From positions 1 to 59,938 of the forward strand of contig CAYVDO010000002.1 in NCBI GenBank assembly GCA_964450125.1: a stretch of 59,938 bases of DNA, in the 5' to 3' direction. This DNA comes from an uncultured bacterium (GTDB lineage Bacteria > JADJOY01). The notes under the pieces are model-generated. The model had not been told where the DNA came from. It worked only from the letters and a program-made list of their open reading frames with translations, and did no database searches. This document shows, in pieces, positions 50,604 through 59,938 of this stretch (position 1 is the stretch's first letter; the number at the start of each line of letters is the position of its first letter). The position numbers and the translations under genes are program-made.

Positions 50604-51209
50604 TCAGCGAGGCGGCGGCTTGGACACGCAGCGATGATCGCGGACCAGGAAGCGCAACGGCCAGCGCGCCGCTTCTCCCGCGTAGTCGACGCCGATGCGC
50701 GGCGCGCGCACCACCGCATCCTCGGATACGGTCTCGCCCGGCTCGATCCAAAGCGCTTTGCCGGTGGTGAGATCGACTCCCGAGTGGCGGCGATCGAGGG
50801 CGAGCGCCGCGCATACGCACGCCGGTCCCCGTGCCAGCTCGTGATCGCGGCGCCCGGGCCCGCGCCGCCGCCGCATGGTCGCGACCCCTTCGAGGGGCTC
50901 ACCGCCGCGGATCAGCACCGCCTCCGGCATGCCCGCGTCGCGCGTGACCGCGTTCAGGCAATGATGCATGCCGTACGTGAAATAGACGTACGCATGTCCG
51001 CCGCAACCCCACATCGGCTCGTTCCGCGCCGTGCGGCGCCCGGCATAGGTGTGCGCTGCGGGATCGTCGATCCCCAGATACGCCTCCACCTCGACGACCC
51101 GGATAGAGACGCGCCTTCCGCGCTCTTGCCGCACGATCACCGCCCCGAGCAGCTCACGCGCCACGTCCTCGGTCGGCCGCAGGTAGAAGTCGCGCTCGAG
51201 CGGCTTCAT
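50604..51209 (-). CDS. mpg: DNA-3-methyladenine glycosylase (AAG/Mpg family)
   Basis: FYLRPTEDVARELLG...VEVEAYLGIDDPAAHTYAGRRTARNEPMWGCGGHAYVYFTYGMHHCLNAV. Confidence 0.9.
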   Translation of the reverse strand: MKPLERDFYLRPTEDVARELLGAVIVRQERGRRVSIRVVEVEAYLGIDDPAAHTYAGRRTARNEPMWGCGGHAYVYFTYGMHHCLNAVTRDAGMPEAVLIRGGEPLEGVATMRRRRGPGRRDHELARGPACVCAALALDRRHSGVDLTTGKALWIEPGETVSEDAVVRAPRIGVDYAGEAARWPLRFLVRDHRCVSKPPPR

Positions 51210-52102
51210 GCGCGAACGGCGCGCCGGGCGGTGACGATCATCTCGTCGTGGGGATTCACGTAGAAGGTGCGGTTCTCGAACGACTTGAGCCGCGCCAGCA
51301 CCGGCGTCAGCGCGGGCAGAATCCGCTGGCTACGCTCGACCAGGAAGCGGTACGGGATCACCTTCCCGGCGCCCGCGCGGGTCCAGCTCGTCATCTCGAA
51401 GCCGGCGCGGGCCAGCAAGCGCTCGAGGGTGCGCGGCGAGAAGTGGAAGAGATGCTCGCCGTGCTTGTAGTGATGCCAGCGCTTGCCCAGCAACCGCGCC
51501 GTGAGCGACTCCACGTCCTGGGTCTCGATCACCAGCCGCCCGTCGGGGGCGAGCCACTCGCGGACGCGTTCCAGAAGCCCCACGGGGTCACCGACGTGCT
51601 CGAGCACGTCCCACAGCGTGACGAGGTCGTACGGCGCGTCGCGCCCGTCCCAATCCTCGATGCGACCGTGCGCCACGTTCACGAGGCCGAGCGTGTCGCG
51701 GGCGTGCTCCACCATCGCCGGATTGAGCTCGACGCCGTAGGTCCGCCAACCGGCATCGCGCATCACGCTCAGGAAAAAGCCCGCTGCGAAGCCGGCTTCG
51801 AACACCGTCCCGCTCTCGCGCCACTCGAGCAGCGGACGCGCGCGGCGACGGAACGTCTCCACGTAGCAGTCGCGATCCCCCACGTAGTCGGTGTAGCCGC
51901 GCTCACGGGCGATCGGGCTGCGGAAATAGTCACCGGTGTAGATCGACTCCCGGGCGCTCGGGGCGAGGCGCGGGCTCAGGTAGACCAGCGCGCAACCTTC
52001 GCACTCGACCACCCGGAACGGATGCGCCTCGATGCGAGTGCGGGCCGGTCCCGGTCCACACAGAATGCAGCTCGCGTGCTCGGTCTCGGTGGTCGACGAC
52101 AT
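51206..52102 (-). CDS. Class I SAM-dependent methyltransferase with an N-terminal Cys4 zinc-ribbon-like segment
   Basis: Start MSSTTETEHASCILCG...VECEGCALVY (ATG at 52102). Also LVTLWDVLEHVGDP. Its stop overlaps the mpg ATG (ATGA). Confidence 0.8.
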   Translation of the reverse strand: MSSTTETEHASCILCGPGPARTRIEAHPFRVVECEGCALVYLSPRLAPSARESIYTGDYFRSPIARERGYTDYVGDRDCYVETFRRRARPLLEWRESGTVFEAGFAAGFFLSVMRDAGWRTYGVELNPAMVEHARDTLGLVNVAHGRIEDWDGRDAPYDLVTLWDVLEHVGDPVGLLERVREWLAPDGRLVIETQDVESLTARLLGKRWHHYKHGEHLFHFSPRTLERLLARAGFEMTSWTRAGAGKVIPYRFLVERSQRILPALTPVLARLKSFENRTFYVNPHDEMIVTARRAVRA

Positions 52103-52227
52103 GCGATGGGAGGCTTGAGTGCGGGAGTGTGCGATGCGCGGTGTGCGCCCGCCTCCGCAAGATGGGCACCGGTTCGCAGGCTGGCAACCGCGTGCTAGCG
52201 TCAACCGGCGAGTGACGAGGACTTGCG

Positions 52228-52887
52228 ATGGTGATGTGGCTGCGCCGCGGCAAGCGCTTTCCCGACCCCGAGTTGGAAGCGGACGAGCACGGACTGGTCG
52301 CGATCGGCGGCGAGATCGCGCCTGCGTTGCTGGTGGACGCCTACAGGCGCGGCATCTTCCCGTGGTCGTCGGACCCCGTGCCCACGTGGTGGTGCCCCCA
52401 TCCACGAGCGATCTTCCCGCTCGATGGCTGGACTCCGCATCGCAGCATTCTGCGCTCGATCCGTCGTGAGGGCTGGACCTTCAGCACCGATCGCGCGTTT
52501 CTCGATGTGATGCTGGGCTGCGCCGAGTCCACGCCGCGTCGCCCCGAGACCTGGATCACCGAGGACTTCGTCGGCGCCTACGTCGAGCTCCACCGAACCG
52601 GTATCGCCCACAGCCTGGAGGTGTGGGAGGGCGAGACGCTGGTGGGCGGCATCTACGGCGTGACCTTCGGGGGTTATTTCGGCGGCGAGTCGATGTTCCA
52701 TCGCCGCACCGACGCCTCCAAGGCGGCGGTGGCCAAGCTCGTCGAGCACCTCCGCGAGCGCCGCTTCGCGCTCTTCGACGCTCAGGTCATGAACCCACAC
52801 CTGGCGCGGCTGGGCGCCGTGTCGATCGGACGAACCGAGTTCCTGCGGCGCCTGAAGAGCGCCATCGCCCTCGACACCCGGTTCTGA
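52228..52887 (+). CDS. aat: Leucyl/phenylalanyl-tRNA--protein transferase
   Basis: GLVAIGGEIAPALLVDAYRRGIFPW...WWCPHPRAIF...LVGGIYGVTFGGYFGGESMFH. Confidence 0.9.
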   Translation: MVMWLRRGKRFPDPELEADEHGLVAIGGEIAPALLVDAYRRGIFPWSSDPVPTWWCPHPRAIFPLDGWTPHRSILRSIRREGWTFSTDRAFLDVMLGCAESTPRRPETWITEDFVGAYVELHRTGIAHSLEVWEGETLVGGIYGVTFGGYFGGESMFHRRTDASKAAVAKLVEHLRERRFALFDAQVMNPHLARLGAVSIGRTEFLRRLKSAIALDTRF

Positions 52888-53071
52888 CTTCCGGCGGGAT
52901 TGACTCCGTGTTGATCTCTGCGCTCTGCAGCAACGAGCTACCGCGCCACCGCGCGACGCAGAGTGGAGCCCCGCGGGGATTCACACGAATCGCGGTAGGG
53001 CCGAGAAACGGACCCGATCGTGCTCCGGCGTCGAACACTCGGCACCTCGGTCTCCACGCGCGCCTTCCATC

Positions 53072-53171
53072 CCACCGCGAGCCAGCGGCGAGCCGCGAGC
53101 GAAGCGAGTGACTCAGGGGTGGGACCCATCGCGGCTTCGCCGCGATGGGCGGGGGGCTGGAACAGACCCTC
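53072..53171 (-). repeat. Three-hairpin dispersed repeat, copy E
   Basis: On the + strand: cgagcgaagcgagtgactcaggggtggga (matches the reverse complement of copy D), cccatcgcggc-ttc-gccgcgatggg (53125-53149), gggctg-gaa-cagaccc with one bulge (53154-53169). It ends 9 nt from the CSLREA gene stop, in sense orientation. Confidence 0.7.
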
Positions 53172-53179
53172 GCAGAAAC

Positions 53180-54751
53180 CTAGTAGACCCAACCGGTATC
53201 CGGCATCGGTTGGAGGCGTCGCGGCAGACGCCGTGCCTGCTTCCAGGTCGGGATCGGATGAAGCTCGACCCGCAGCCGGCGGTGGTGGACACGCACGAAG
53301 TAGAGCGCGAGCACGACCGCAACGGTGGCAAGGTCGAAGTCGGTGGTGTTGCGCGCGACTCGGCTGCAACCACCACCCACGCACTCGTCGCCGAAGCCGT
53401 CTCCGTCCGAGTCGATCTGCGATGGGTTCGCGAGGGTCGGGCAGTTGTCACAAGTGTCCGGCACACCGTCGCCATCGCCGTCGCGCCCACTGCAAGACGC
53501 CGCCACCTCGATCGCGCCACGATCACAGCGCGCCGCGTGGTCGCCGTCGCCATCCGCCGGGCGGGCGTGACCAAGCTGATCGAGGCCGTCGCAAGCAGCA
53601 GGATCGCCGCTGTCCACGGCGGGGCTCAAGCGATTCACCGAGACACGGGCGGTGCTGCCATCGGTGTTCGCCACGCGAGTGAGCATCGGGTCGACGCCGG
53701 CGAGATCCGAGTCCTCGGCCAGTCCACACCCCCCGGTCGCGTCGAGATTGAAACCTTCGCTCACCAGCGGACCGAAGCAGCTACCGGTCACGATCGAGTC
53801 GTGAAGACGCACCAGGCCGTTGCCGTCGACCTCCACGTCGAGGTTGGCGTCGAATGCGAACGTGGATCGATCGACCTCGATCTCGCTGCCGGGGGCGGCC
53901 AAGAGCGAGCCACCGTACGGCGCGCAGAGTCCTTCCAGGCACGCATACCAGTGGTTCGCGGCGAACACGGTGTCGCGCACCACGACCTCGCCCTTGGCGT
54001 AGATCGCCCAATTGCCGTTCTCGCTCAACACCGAGCGATCGATGGTGGCGCTGCCGGCGGGCGCGACGAAGATGCCACCGCCGCCACCCGGGAGCTCCCA
54101 GCCGCTCATCCAGCCGTAGGCGTTGTTGAAGTGGATGGACGAGTCTGCGACAGCGAGCGTGCCGCTGCCGACGTAGATCGCCCCCCCGTAGGTGATGCCG
54201 GGATCGACGCTGCCGAAGTTGTAGGCGAGCAGGACCCTCGACGCCACGACGTGCCCCGTCTCGACGAGAATGCCGCCGCCCCACGGCTTGGCCGCGTCGC
54301 GCGCCGTGCCACCGGAGATGGTGAGCGATTCGAGAACCACGCTGCGATCACCGACCACGTGGAAGACACGGTCGAGCCCGCCAGCGTCCACGGTCGTTGC
54401 GGCCGCACCGGCGCCACGCACGGTGACGTCGCTCGCGAGATCCAGGTCGCCGGTCGCGGCTCCATCCTCGCCGCGACCGGCGATCGCCAGCCGAAAGGTT
54501 CCCGCGGGTAGCTCGATCAGGTCGGCACCCGAGCCCGCTGCACACCCGTCCACCGCTCGGTCGCCGTTGGCGGCGATCACCGCCTCGCGCAGCGAGCACG
54601 TGCCGAGGTTGCCGAAGCCGAGGTCGTCGCCCGTGGTGGTGACGCTGATCGTGGCCGCGTGCGCCCGGGTCGCGAGGATCGCGAGAATCACGCTCGTCGC
54701 GATTGCTCGCGGCACACGATCGTCACGAATCGTCGCACGCGTGGGGGGCAT
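53180..54751 (-). CDS. Secreted CSLREA-motif beta-helix protein with thrombospondin type 3-like Ca-binding repeats and a MYXO-CTERM-like tail
   Basis: Start [11 protein letters not shown] (ATG at 54751), with a signal sequence. [14 protein letters not shown] motif. [34 protein letters not shown] repeats. GGGCS + [13 protein letters not shown] + RVHHRRLR tail. Confidence 0.75.
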   Translation of the reverse strand: MPPTRATIRDDRVPRAIATSVILAILATRAHAATISVTTTGDDLGFGNLGTCSLREAVIAANGDRAVDGCAAGSGADLIELPAGTFRLAIAGRGEDGAATGDLDLASDVTVRGAGAAATTVDAGGLDRVFHVVGDRSVVLESLTISGGTARDAAKPWGGGILVETGHVVASRVLLAYNFGSVDPGITYGGAIYVGSGTLAVADSSIHFNNAYGWMSGWELPGGGGGIFVAPAGSATIDRSVLSENGNWAIYAKGEVVVRDTVFAANHWYACLEGLCAPYGGSLLAAPGSEIEVDRSTFAFDANLDVEVDGNGLVRLHDSIVTGSCFGPLVSEGFNLDATGGCGLAEDSDLAGVDPMLTRVANTDGSTARVSVNRLSPAVDSGDPAACDGLDQLGHARPADGDGDHAARCDRGAIEVAASCSGRDGDGDGVPDTCDNCPTLANPSQIDSDGDGFGDECVGGGCSRVARNTTDFDLATVAVVLALYFVRVHHRRLRVELHPIPTWKQARRLPRRLQPMPDTGWVY

Positions 54752-55044
54752 GGTGCTGGCTCCGAGTGCATTTCGAATGCCCGACGCGAGCCGAGCACGC
54801 CACGTCGGGCAAGGACGCGGAAACCGACTGACGGAGGGCGAAGGACCGCAGGTTCGCGGGCGCTTCGCCCGATCGCTGCAGCGTGGCCACGGCGTGAGCC
54901 CTGCCCGCGTCAGCGCGCTGACTCCACCTCGACGCCCCACCCGTCCCGCGCTCGCGACGCGCCTTGACGATCACCGACACATCGTGCGCGTGGGACTTGC
55001 CGCGCAGAACCAGTAGACTTCGCGCGGGGGCCAGGACGGACACG

Positions 55045-56481
55045 GTGAACAGAACCCACGGTGATCCTCTGGGCGACGAGCCCGACGACGTCTCGCGCAC
55101 CGGGCACTACTGTCCCCGGTGCCACGCCCCGATCGACCCCGCCCACCACGATTGCCCGGAGTGCGGCCAGCGCATCCCGGTGCGCGATCCGCTCATCGGC
55201 TACGTCTTCGACGGGCGTTATCGCGTGCTCGACCTCCTCGGGCGCGGCGGCATGGCCGTGGTGTACTGGGCCGAGGATGCGAGCGTTCCCGGTGGGCGAG
55301 AGGTCGCGCTCAAGCTCCTGAAGCCCGACCTGCTGCAGGACGCACGAGCGGTCGAGCGTTTTCGCCGCGAATCCGAGCGAGCCAGCCAGATCCATCACCC
55401 CCACGCCGTGCAGGTCTACGACCACGGCGAATTCGCGGACGGGATGCTCTTCCTGGCGATGGAGCGTCTCAGCGGCGTAGCCCTCAGCGAGCTCATACGA
55501 CAGGGTCGCGGCCTGCCGGAGGTGCGCGCACTGAAGCTCGCGATCCAGATCGCAAGCGCCGTCGGCGAAGCGCATCGCATCGGGCTCGTACACCGCGACC
55601 TGAAGCCCGACAACGTGATGATCGAGCCGGGCTCGACGGGGCAAGGCGAGCGCGCCGTGGTGCTCGACTTCGGCATCGCCAAGTCGATGCGCGAGGCGCC
55701 CGAAGCGCCCCGCCGGGGTCTGGCCCGCTGGCTCGCTCGCGAAGCCGCACCGGCACGCGACGCCGCAGGCGTTCCGCTCACCCGCGACGGCTACGTGATG
55801 GGCACGCCGGACTACATGTCGCCGGAGCAGGCGGCGGGACGGCCCATCGACGCGCGCAGCGACGTGTTCTCGCTCGGCCTCATGTTGTTCGAGATGCTCG
55901 CCGGCGAGCTGCCCTGGGAGCCGCTCCGCGATCCCACCACCGCCAGCGCCGAGCCGCACGAAACGCCACGCCGGCTGCGCTCGCTCTCCGAGGTGCGCCC
56001 CGACCTGCGCGTGAGCGCCGACCTCGAGCGCATCCTGGGGCTGGCGCTGGCGCTCGACGCCGGCTGGACGCATCGCAAGGTCCTGGTCCCGAACAATGCA
56101 GTGATGGAGCCTCTACGAGGACTTCAAGGATCGCACCAGCCGTGTGGTCGAAAAGCGCACCGCCGGTCCCTCGACGCGAGGCGTGAGCGGACGCACCACG
56201 GGCGTCGTCGGCAGGCGGCGCGTTCGCCGGCAGCCGCGGGCCGTGCTGGGGCTCATCCCGCGGGTGATCGGGGCGATCCTCCTGCTGGCGGCGACCGGCG
56301 GTGCCGCTTGGGTCGCAACCAGCGAAGCGGCGCGCGGCGACGCGCTGGCGCTGCTCGCGCGATTACGGGTCGTGTTCCGACCGGCGTCGGTGACCGCCCC
56401 GGCATCCAACCCGGCGGGCGCGAGCGTTGCCGTGCCCACGAAGGCCAAACGCACACCGAGCCAGCTCGTGACCGACGGTGA
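55045..56481 (+). CDS. Hanks-type Ser/Thr kinase with an N-terminal Cys4 zinc ribbon. Beyond about 56100 the translation looks out of frame.
   Basis: GTG at 55045 after aggacgga. CPRCHAPIDPAHHDCPECG, GRGGMAVVYWA..VALKLL, HRDLKPDNVM, DFGIAK, GTPDYMSPEQ. The tail after LALALDAG is Arg/Gly-rich low-complexity sequence. Confidence 0.8.
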   Translation: MNRTHGDPLGDEPDDVSRTGHYCPRCHAPIDPAHHDCPECGQRIPVRDPLIGYVFDGRYRVLDLLGRGGMAVVYWAEDASVPGGREVALKLLKPDLLQDARAVERFRRESERASQIHHPHAVQVYDHGEFADGMLFLAMERLSGVALSELIRQGRGLPEVRALKLAIQIASAVGEAHRIGLVHRDLKPDNVMIEPGSTGQGERAVVLDFGIAKSMREAPEAPRRGLARWLAREAAPARDAAGVPLTRDGYVMGTPDYMSPEQAAGRPIDARSDVFSLGLMLFEMLAGELPWEPLRDPTTASAEPHETPRRLRSLSEVRPDLRVSADLERILGLALALDAGWTHRKVLVPNNAVMEPLRGLQGSHQPCGRKAHRRSLDARRERTHHGRRRQAARSPAAAGRAGAHPAGDRGDPPAGGDRRCRLGRNQRSGARRRAGAARAITGRVPTGVGDRPGIQPGGRERCRAHEGQTHTEPARDRR

Positions 56482-57079
56482 GCGTGCCCTCGAGGAGCGG
56501 CAGTGGGAGCGCGCGCGCGCGGCTTTCGAGGAAGCGATGGACCGCGATCGCCCTTCAGCGCGCGCCTGGCTCGGCCTCGCCCGAGCACAGATCGGCCTCG
56601 GGCAATCCGACGATTCCCAGTACTCCTTCACTCGGGCGATCGACCTCCTCGCCAGCTCTCAGGAGAAGGGTGCGAAGACGCGACTGGCCGACGTGAAGCA
56701 ACAAGCGCTCAAGAACGCCCGTCTGGACGGGCTTCCCGAAAGCGCGCGGCGCTACGCCGCTCTCGGGGACACCGACGGCGCGGTAGCGGCGTACACCGAG
56801 TACCTGGAATCGCGCCCCTGGGACGGCGGCATCGAGCTCAGGATGGGCATGCTGCTGGCGCGCGCCAATCGCATCACCGCGGCCATCCCCCATCTCGAGA
56901 GCGCCGCCGCGCTCCTCCCCGACGCACCGGAGGCGCACCTGGAGCTCGGGACGGCCTACTTGCGGGTGAAGCAGGCGAGCCAAGCGCAGCTGGCACTCTC
57001 TCGCGCGCTCGAGCTCGATCCGACGAACGTCGAAGCGCGTCGTCAGCTCGAGATCGCCCGCCGACTCGGCAGCGGTTAG
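56144..57079 (+). CDS. TM + TPR-repeat protein. Either a separate gene (GTG at 56144) or the frameshifted C-terminal module of the preceding kinase.
   Basis: TM segment AVLGLIPRVIGAILLLAATGGAAWV. TPR-like repeats (AWLGLARAQIGLGQSDDSQYSFTRAI; EAHLELGTAYLRVKQASQAQLALSRALELDPTN). Confidence 0.65.
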   Translation: MVEKRTAGPSTRGVSGRTTGVVGRRRVRRQPRAVLGLIPRVIGAILLLAATGGAAWVATSEAARGDALALLARLRVVFRPASVTAPASNPAGASVAVPTKAKRTPSQLVTDGERALEERQWERARAAFEEAMDRDRPSARAWLGLARAQIGLGQSDDSQYSFTRAIDLLASSQEKGAKTRLADVKQQALKNARLDGLPESARRYAALGDTDGAVAAYTEYLESRPWDGGIELRMGMLLARANRITAAIPHLESAAALLPDAPEAHLELGTAYLRVKQASQAQLALSRALELDPTNVEARRQLEIARRLGSG

Positions 57080-57169
57080 CGGGAACGCGCGTGGAGACCG
57101 GTGCGCGGATGCGTACGCAGGATGCGCGCGCGGCGGTCAAACGACCTCATGGACGCCTCTGGCCGACAC

Positions 57170-58084
57170 TCACGCGGGGCTGAGTGCGCGCAGGCGCTCG
57201 ATCACCGCGGTCACGTGGCGGCCGGTGCGCTTTCCGGTGAACCGCAACCAGGACTTGGCGAAGCGGGCGCGAGCATCCGCGCCGCGCGCCATGTCCCTGG
57301 CGAGCTCTTCGGCGACGGCGCCCGCTCGTGTGCTCGCCTGTTCCGCCGGAGCGGCCTCGATGAATCGGCGCAGCAACTCGCCGCCGACGACGGCATCCTG
57401 ATGGGCCCCGAGGACGTCCTGCAGCTTTGCGAGGTCGTCGAGCAAGCGCCGCCCATCGCGCCCCGCGATGTCCGCGACCAGCTCGACCACGTAGCGCAGG
57501 CGTTTGGCGCGAATGCGTAACTCGTGCAGCTCGTCTGCGAGTGGCTCGCGCCCGATGCGCTTTCCCTGCTTGAGTGTGCGCCGATACGCCCGCTCGACGG
57601 CCTCCGCGCCGTAGGCCGCGACGCTGGTGCGCGCGGCAGCCCTGAGCAGCTTCTCGCGTCTGGAAGCGAGCCCATCGAGCCGCGCTCGAAGCCGCACCGC
57701 CCGCGCCGAGTCGAGCGCCGCGCGCATGGCGAGATGAGCGGCGACACGCTGCTCGCCGAGCCACGCCACGAGCTGAGCACCCTCCGCACCGATCATCGGC
57801 TCGGCGGCGTAGCGTTCGAGCTGGACGTCGAGGTCGCGCACGGGGCCGAGCGCCCGCCCCAGCCAGCGGAGCTCCGCGTCGAGGTGCGCGCGCGTGCGCG
57901 CCGGCAGCGCCGGCGCGAAGAACCGCAGCGCCGCGCGCAGCCGCCTCACGGCGACTCGCATCCCGTGGACCGCCTCGGGGTCCGAGCCTGCGCGAGCCTC
58001 CGGCTCGTGCTCGACGAGCGCCACGAGCTGCGCGCGCACGATTCGGGCCAGCGCTTCGCCGAGGGTATCGCTCGGCTCGATCAC
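57170..58084 (-). CDS. CHAD domain protein (polyphosphate-associated)
   Basis: EAVHGMRVAVRRLRAALRFF...LGPVRDLDV...LHELRIRAKRLRY. Confidence 0.85.
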   Translation of the reverse strand: MIEPSDTLGEALARIVRAQLVALVEHEPEARAGSDPEAVHGMRVAVRRLRAALRFFAPALPARTRAHLDAELRWLGRALGPVRDLDVQLERYAAEPMIGAEGAQLVAWLGEQRVAAHLAMRAALDSARAVRLRARLDGLASRREKLLRAAARTSVAAYGAEAVERAYRRTLKQGKRIGREPLADELHELRIRAKRLRYVVELVADIAGRDGRRLLDDLAKLQDVLGAHQDAVVGGELLRRFIEAAPAEQASTRAGAVAEELARDMARGADARARFAKSWLRFTGKRTGRHVTAVIERLRALSPA

Positions 58085-58103
58085 CAGCTGCTCGCGCTCG
58101 TGG

Positions 58104-59786
58104 TCACTGGGCGACGCGAAACGCCACGACCTCGCCCAAGAGCTCCTCGAGGAGCGCTACGCGGTTCCGCGCTTCGCCGATCTCCAGCGCGGCGTCATCG
58201 CCGGCGGTGGTGAGCTCGAGGACCACACGCCGGTCGCGCCGCACCACGGTCACATCGCGGACCACGCCGTAATGGCTGCGATCGAGGCCATCGGCGACAC
58301 GAAGCAACGCCGCCAGCGCGCGCACGATCTGACGCTCGCGCTTCGACAGCATCCCGTAACTGCCGTCCGAGGGCTTGGGAACCTGCTTGCGGTGATAGCG
58401 CGCCACCTGCGCGATGATCTCGATCTCGTCGCGGCGAAATCCGAGCAGCTCGCCGTTGGTGATGAGGTAGTACGAGTGGCGATGGTGATTCTTGCGACTG
58501 ATGTGTTGCCCGATGTCGTGCATCAGCGCCGCCAGCTCCAGCCAATCGCGTGTGGCCCCGCTCAAGCCGAGCGAGTCGCGCAATTGATCGAAGAGGCGGA
58601 TGGCGAGCCTGGCCACCTGTTGACCGTGGCGATTGGGCTCACCGAGATGGCGAATGAGCCGCGCCACGCTGCGATAGCGCGGGTCGGGAAATTGCTCTTG
58701 CTCCTCGATGCCGCGCCGATGGCGCGCGATGTGGTCGAGAAGCACACCCTCGCGCAGCGCGTAAGTGCAGGCCACCAGCTCGCGGGCTCCCAGGCGTGTC
58801 AGCACGTGATCGGCGAGCACCGCACCAGCGACCACCAGATCCACGCGCTTCGGCTCGATGCCAGGGATCGTGAGCCGTTTGTCGCGCTCGGTCTTGACGA
58901 GCCTGCGACGCAAGCGGCGGATGGTCTCCGGCGAAACCGCCACGCCTTCGAGGTGCTCGGGCGGCTCGCTACCGGGACCAGTGGCGGCCATCGCCACGAG
59001 ATTGTTGAGCGTGCCGGAAGTGCCGACCACGCGCCGCGCGCCGCTGGCCCGAAAACGCGCCAGCACCGGATCGAGCTCGGCCGCGAGGTGGCGTTCCAGC
59101 GCCTCCACCGCGCGCGCGTCCACCTTGTCCTTGGCGAGGAAGCGTTCGGAAACGCGCGCCAGACCGATCTTGAGGCTCGCCAGCTCCACCGGCTCGCCGC
59201 CGTCGACCAGGATCAGCTCGACACTGCCGCCGCCGGCGTCCACGATCACGGTGGGCTCGGCGCGCAGGTCGATGGCGTGGCGGACACCCAGGAAGATGAG
59301 GCGCGCCTCCTCGCGGCCCGGGATGACCTTCACCCGAAGCCCGACCTCCTCCTCCACCCGGCGCACGAAATCACCGCCGTTCGAGGCCTCGCGAACTGCA
59401 CTGGTGGCGACGGCCCGGATGCGCTGCGCGCCCTGCCGTTCAGCCAGCATTTGGAACGTGGCGAGCGTACGAACGCCCTTGTCCATCGCCTCGGCGGAGA
59501 GTGCGCCGTCGATGAGGGTGCGCGATCCGAGGCGCACCATCTCCTTGGCGCGGTCGAGGACCCGGAAGCGCCCGTCCGACTCGACCTGCGCAACCACCAT
59601 GTGGATCGAGTTCGAGCCCACGTCGATCGCGGCGACGCGCACACCCCGCCGAGGCACGAGGTCCGATGTCCCGGGGCCGGTGCGAATGCTATCCGCGGCG
59701 AGCGCACGCAGCGCGGCCGTCCCACCCCGCCGCGTACGCTGGCCGGCGCGGGCCTCCGTTGCTCGTTTCGTCCTCGCCGTCCCCAT
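58104..59786 (-). CDS. ppx: Ppx/GppA-family exopolyphosphatase with a C-terminal HD domain
   Basis: VAAIDVGSNSIHMVVAQV...AVATSAVREASNG...DAGGGSVEL. HD segment LMHDIGQHISRKNHHRHSYYL. Confidence 0.9.
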   Translation of the reverse strand: MGTARTKRATEARAGQRTRRGGTAALRALAADSIRTGPGTSDLVPRRGVRVAAIDVGSNSIHMVVAQVESDGRFRVLDRAKEMVRLGSRTLIDGALSAEAMDKGVRTLATFQMLAERQGAQRIRAVATSAVREASNGGDFVRRVEEEVGLRVKVIPGREEARLIFLGVRHAIDLRAEPTVIVDAGGGSVELILVDGGEPVELASLKIGLARVSERFLAKDKVDARAVEALERHLAAELDPVLARFRASGARRVVGTSGTLNNLVAMAATGPGSEPPEHLEGVAVSPETIRRLRRRLVKTERDKRLTIPGIEPKRVDLVVAGAVLADHVLTRLGARELVACTYALREGVLLDHIARHRRGIEEQEQFPDPRYRSVARLIRHLGEPNRHGQQVARLAIRLFDQLRDSLGLSGATRDWLELAALMHDIGQHISRKNHHRHSYYLITNGELLGFRRDEIEIIAQVARYHRKQVPKPSDGSYGMLSKRERQIVRALAALLRVADGLDRSHYGVVRDVTVVRRDRRVVLELTTAGDDAALEIGEARNRVALLEELLGEVVAFRVAQ

Positions 59787-59938
59787 GTGCGCCGTCGCCC
59801 TCGCGAACCCGATGCGACGCGCATTCTAATCCTGTCCTCGTGAAGGCACGATGGCGTCCCGATGACGCCGACGCAGCACGCTGGCCACGAGCGCGGCGGG
59901 AGGCTCGAGGAGCCCACGCGTCCGCAATCGGAACAGCA

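Noticed and set aside
49846-50820. N-terminal extension of the GT39 ORF (878-aa version)
   Set aside because: It is out of frame over the methyltransferase gene 49842..50594. A GTG at 49845 gives a standard GT39 N-terminus.
57170-59786. CHAD + Ppx/GppA pair as something novel
   Set aside because: This is a known polyphosphate-metabolism association, and nothing unusual was seen in the sequences.
57894-59843. 649-aa ORF on the + strand
   Set aside because: It is antisense to the CHAD and Ppx/GppA genes and has no recognisable motifs.

Overview
High-GC chromosomal segment with a Myxococcota-like gene set: several Hanks-type Ser/Thr kinases, a sigma-54 enhancer-binding response regulator, a CSLREA beta-helix protein with a MYXO-CTERM-like tail, and RegB/RegA. 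All calls come from reading the supplied ORF translations and the DNA by eye; no searches were run. Gene order, left to right: STK, GT4 glycosyltransferase, ComEA-like protein and a polyprenyl synthase. Next is a redox/metal cluster: cytochrome c'-like protein, lipoprotein, a heme-copper-oxidase subunit I-like protein without CuB ligands, a DUF326-like protein, an internally deleted di-heme peroxidase, a CcmH-like protein and RegB/RegA. Then a His-rich OMP, a beta-helix protein and an NtrC-type regulator. A visibly less GC-rich island (15.1-24.8 kb) follows, carrying an intact type I R-M operon hsdM-hsdS-[ABC ATPase + DUF4276/Toprim-like]-hsdR plus a divergent DUF222/HNH gene. After it come kdpFABC with a split KdpD and separate histidine kinase, a decayed KimA-like K+ transporter gene and a CoA-transferase. 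Then a fused MNT-HepT-like protein upstream of PIN-PhoH2, a VOC protein, ChaA and a Zur-centred zinc cluster (small secreted protein, OMP, ZnuA, ZnuB). The right end holds a tandem M16 peptidase, a methyltransferase/GT39 cluster, Mpg, Aat, the CSLREA protein, an STK that appears frameshifted from its TM-TPR module, and CHAD + Ppx/GppA. The best candidate for a new system is the translationally coupled ATPase/DUF4276 pair nested inside the R-M operon, a split OLD/PARIS/AbiL-like architecture. A second notable signal is a dispersed ~100-nt three-hairpin repeat family. It has six copies, mostly starting just after stop codons, with complementarity preserved while stem sequences differ; one copy sits in frame inside an outer-membrane protein gene. 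No rRNA, tRNA, CRISPR array, integrase or transposase was recognised.
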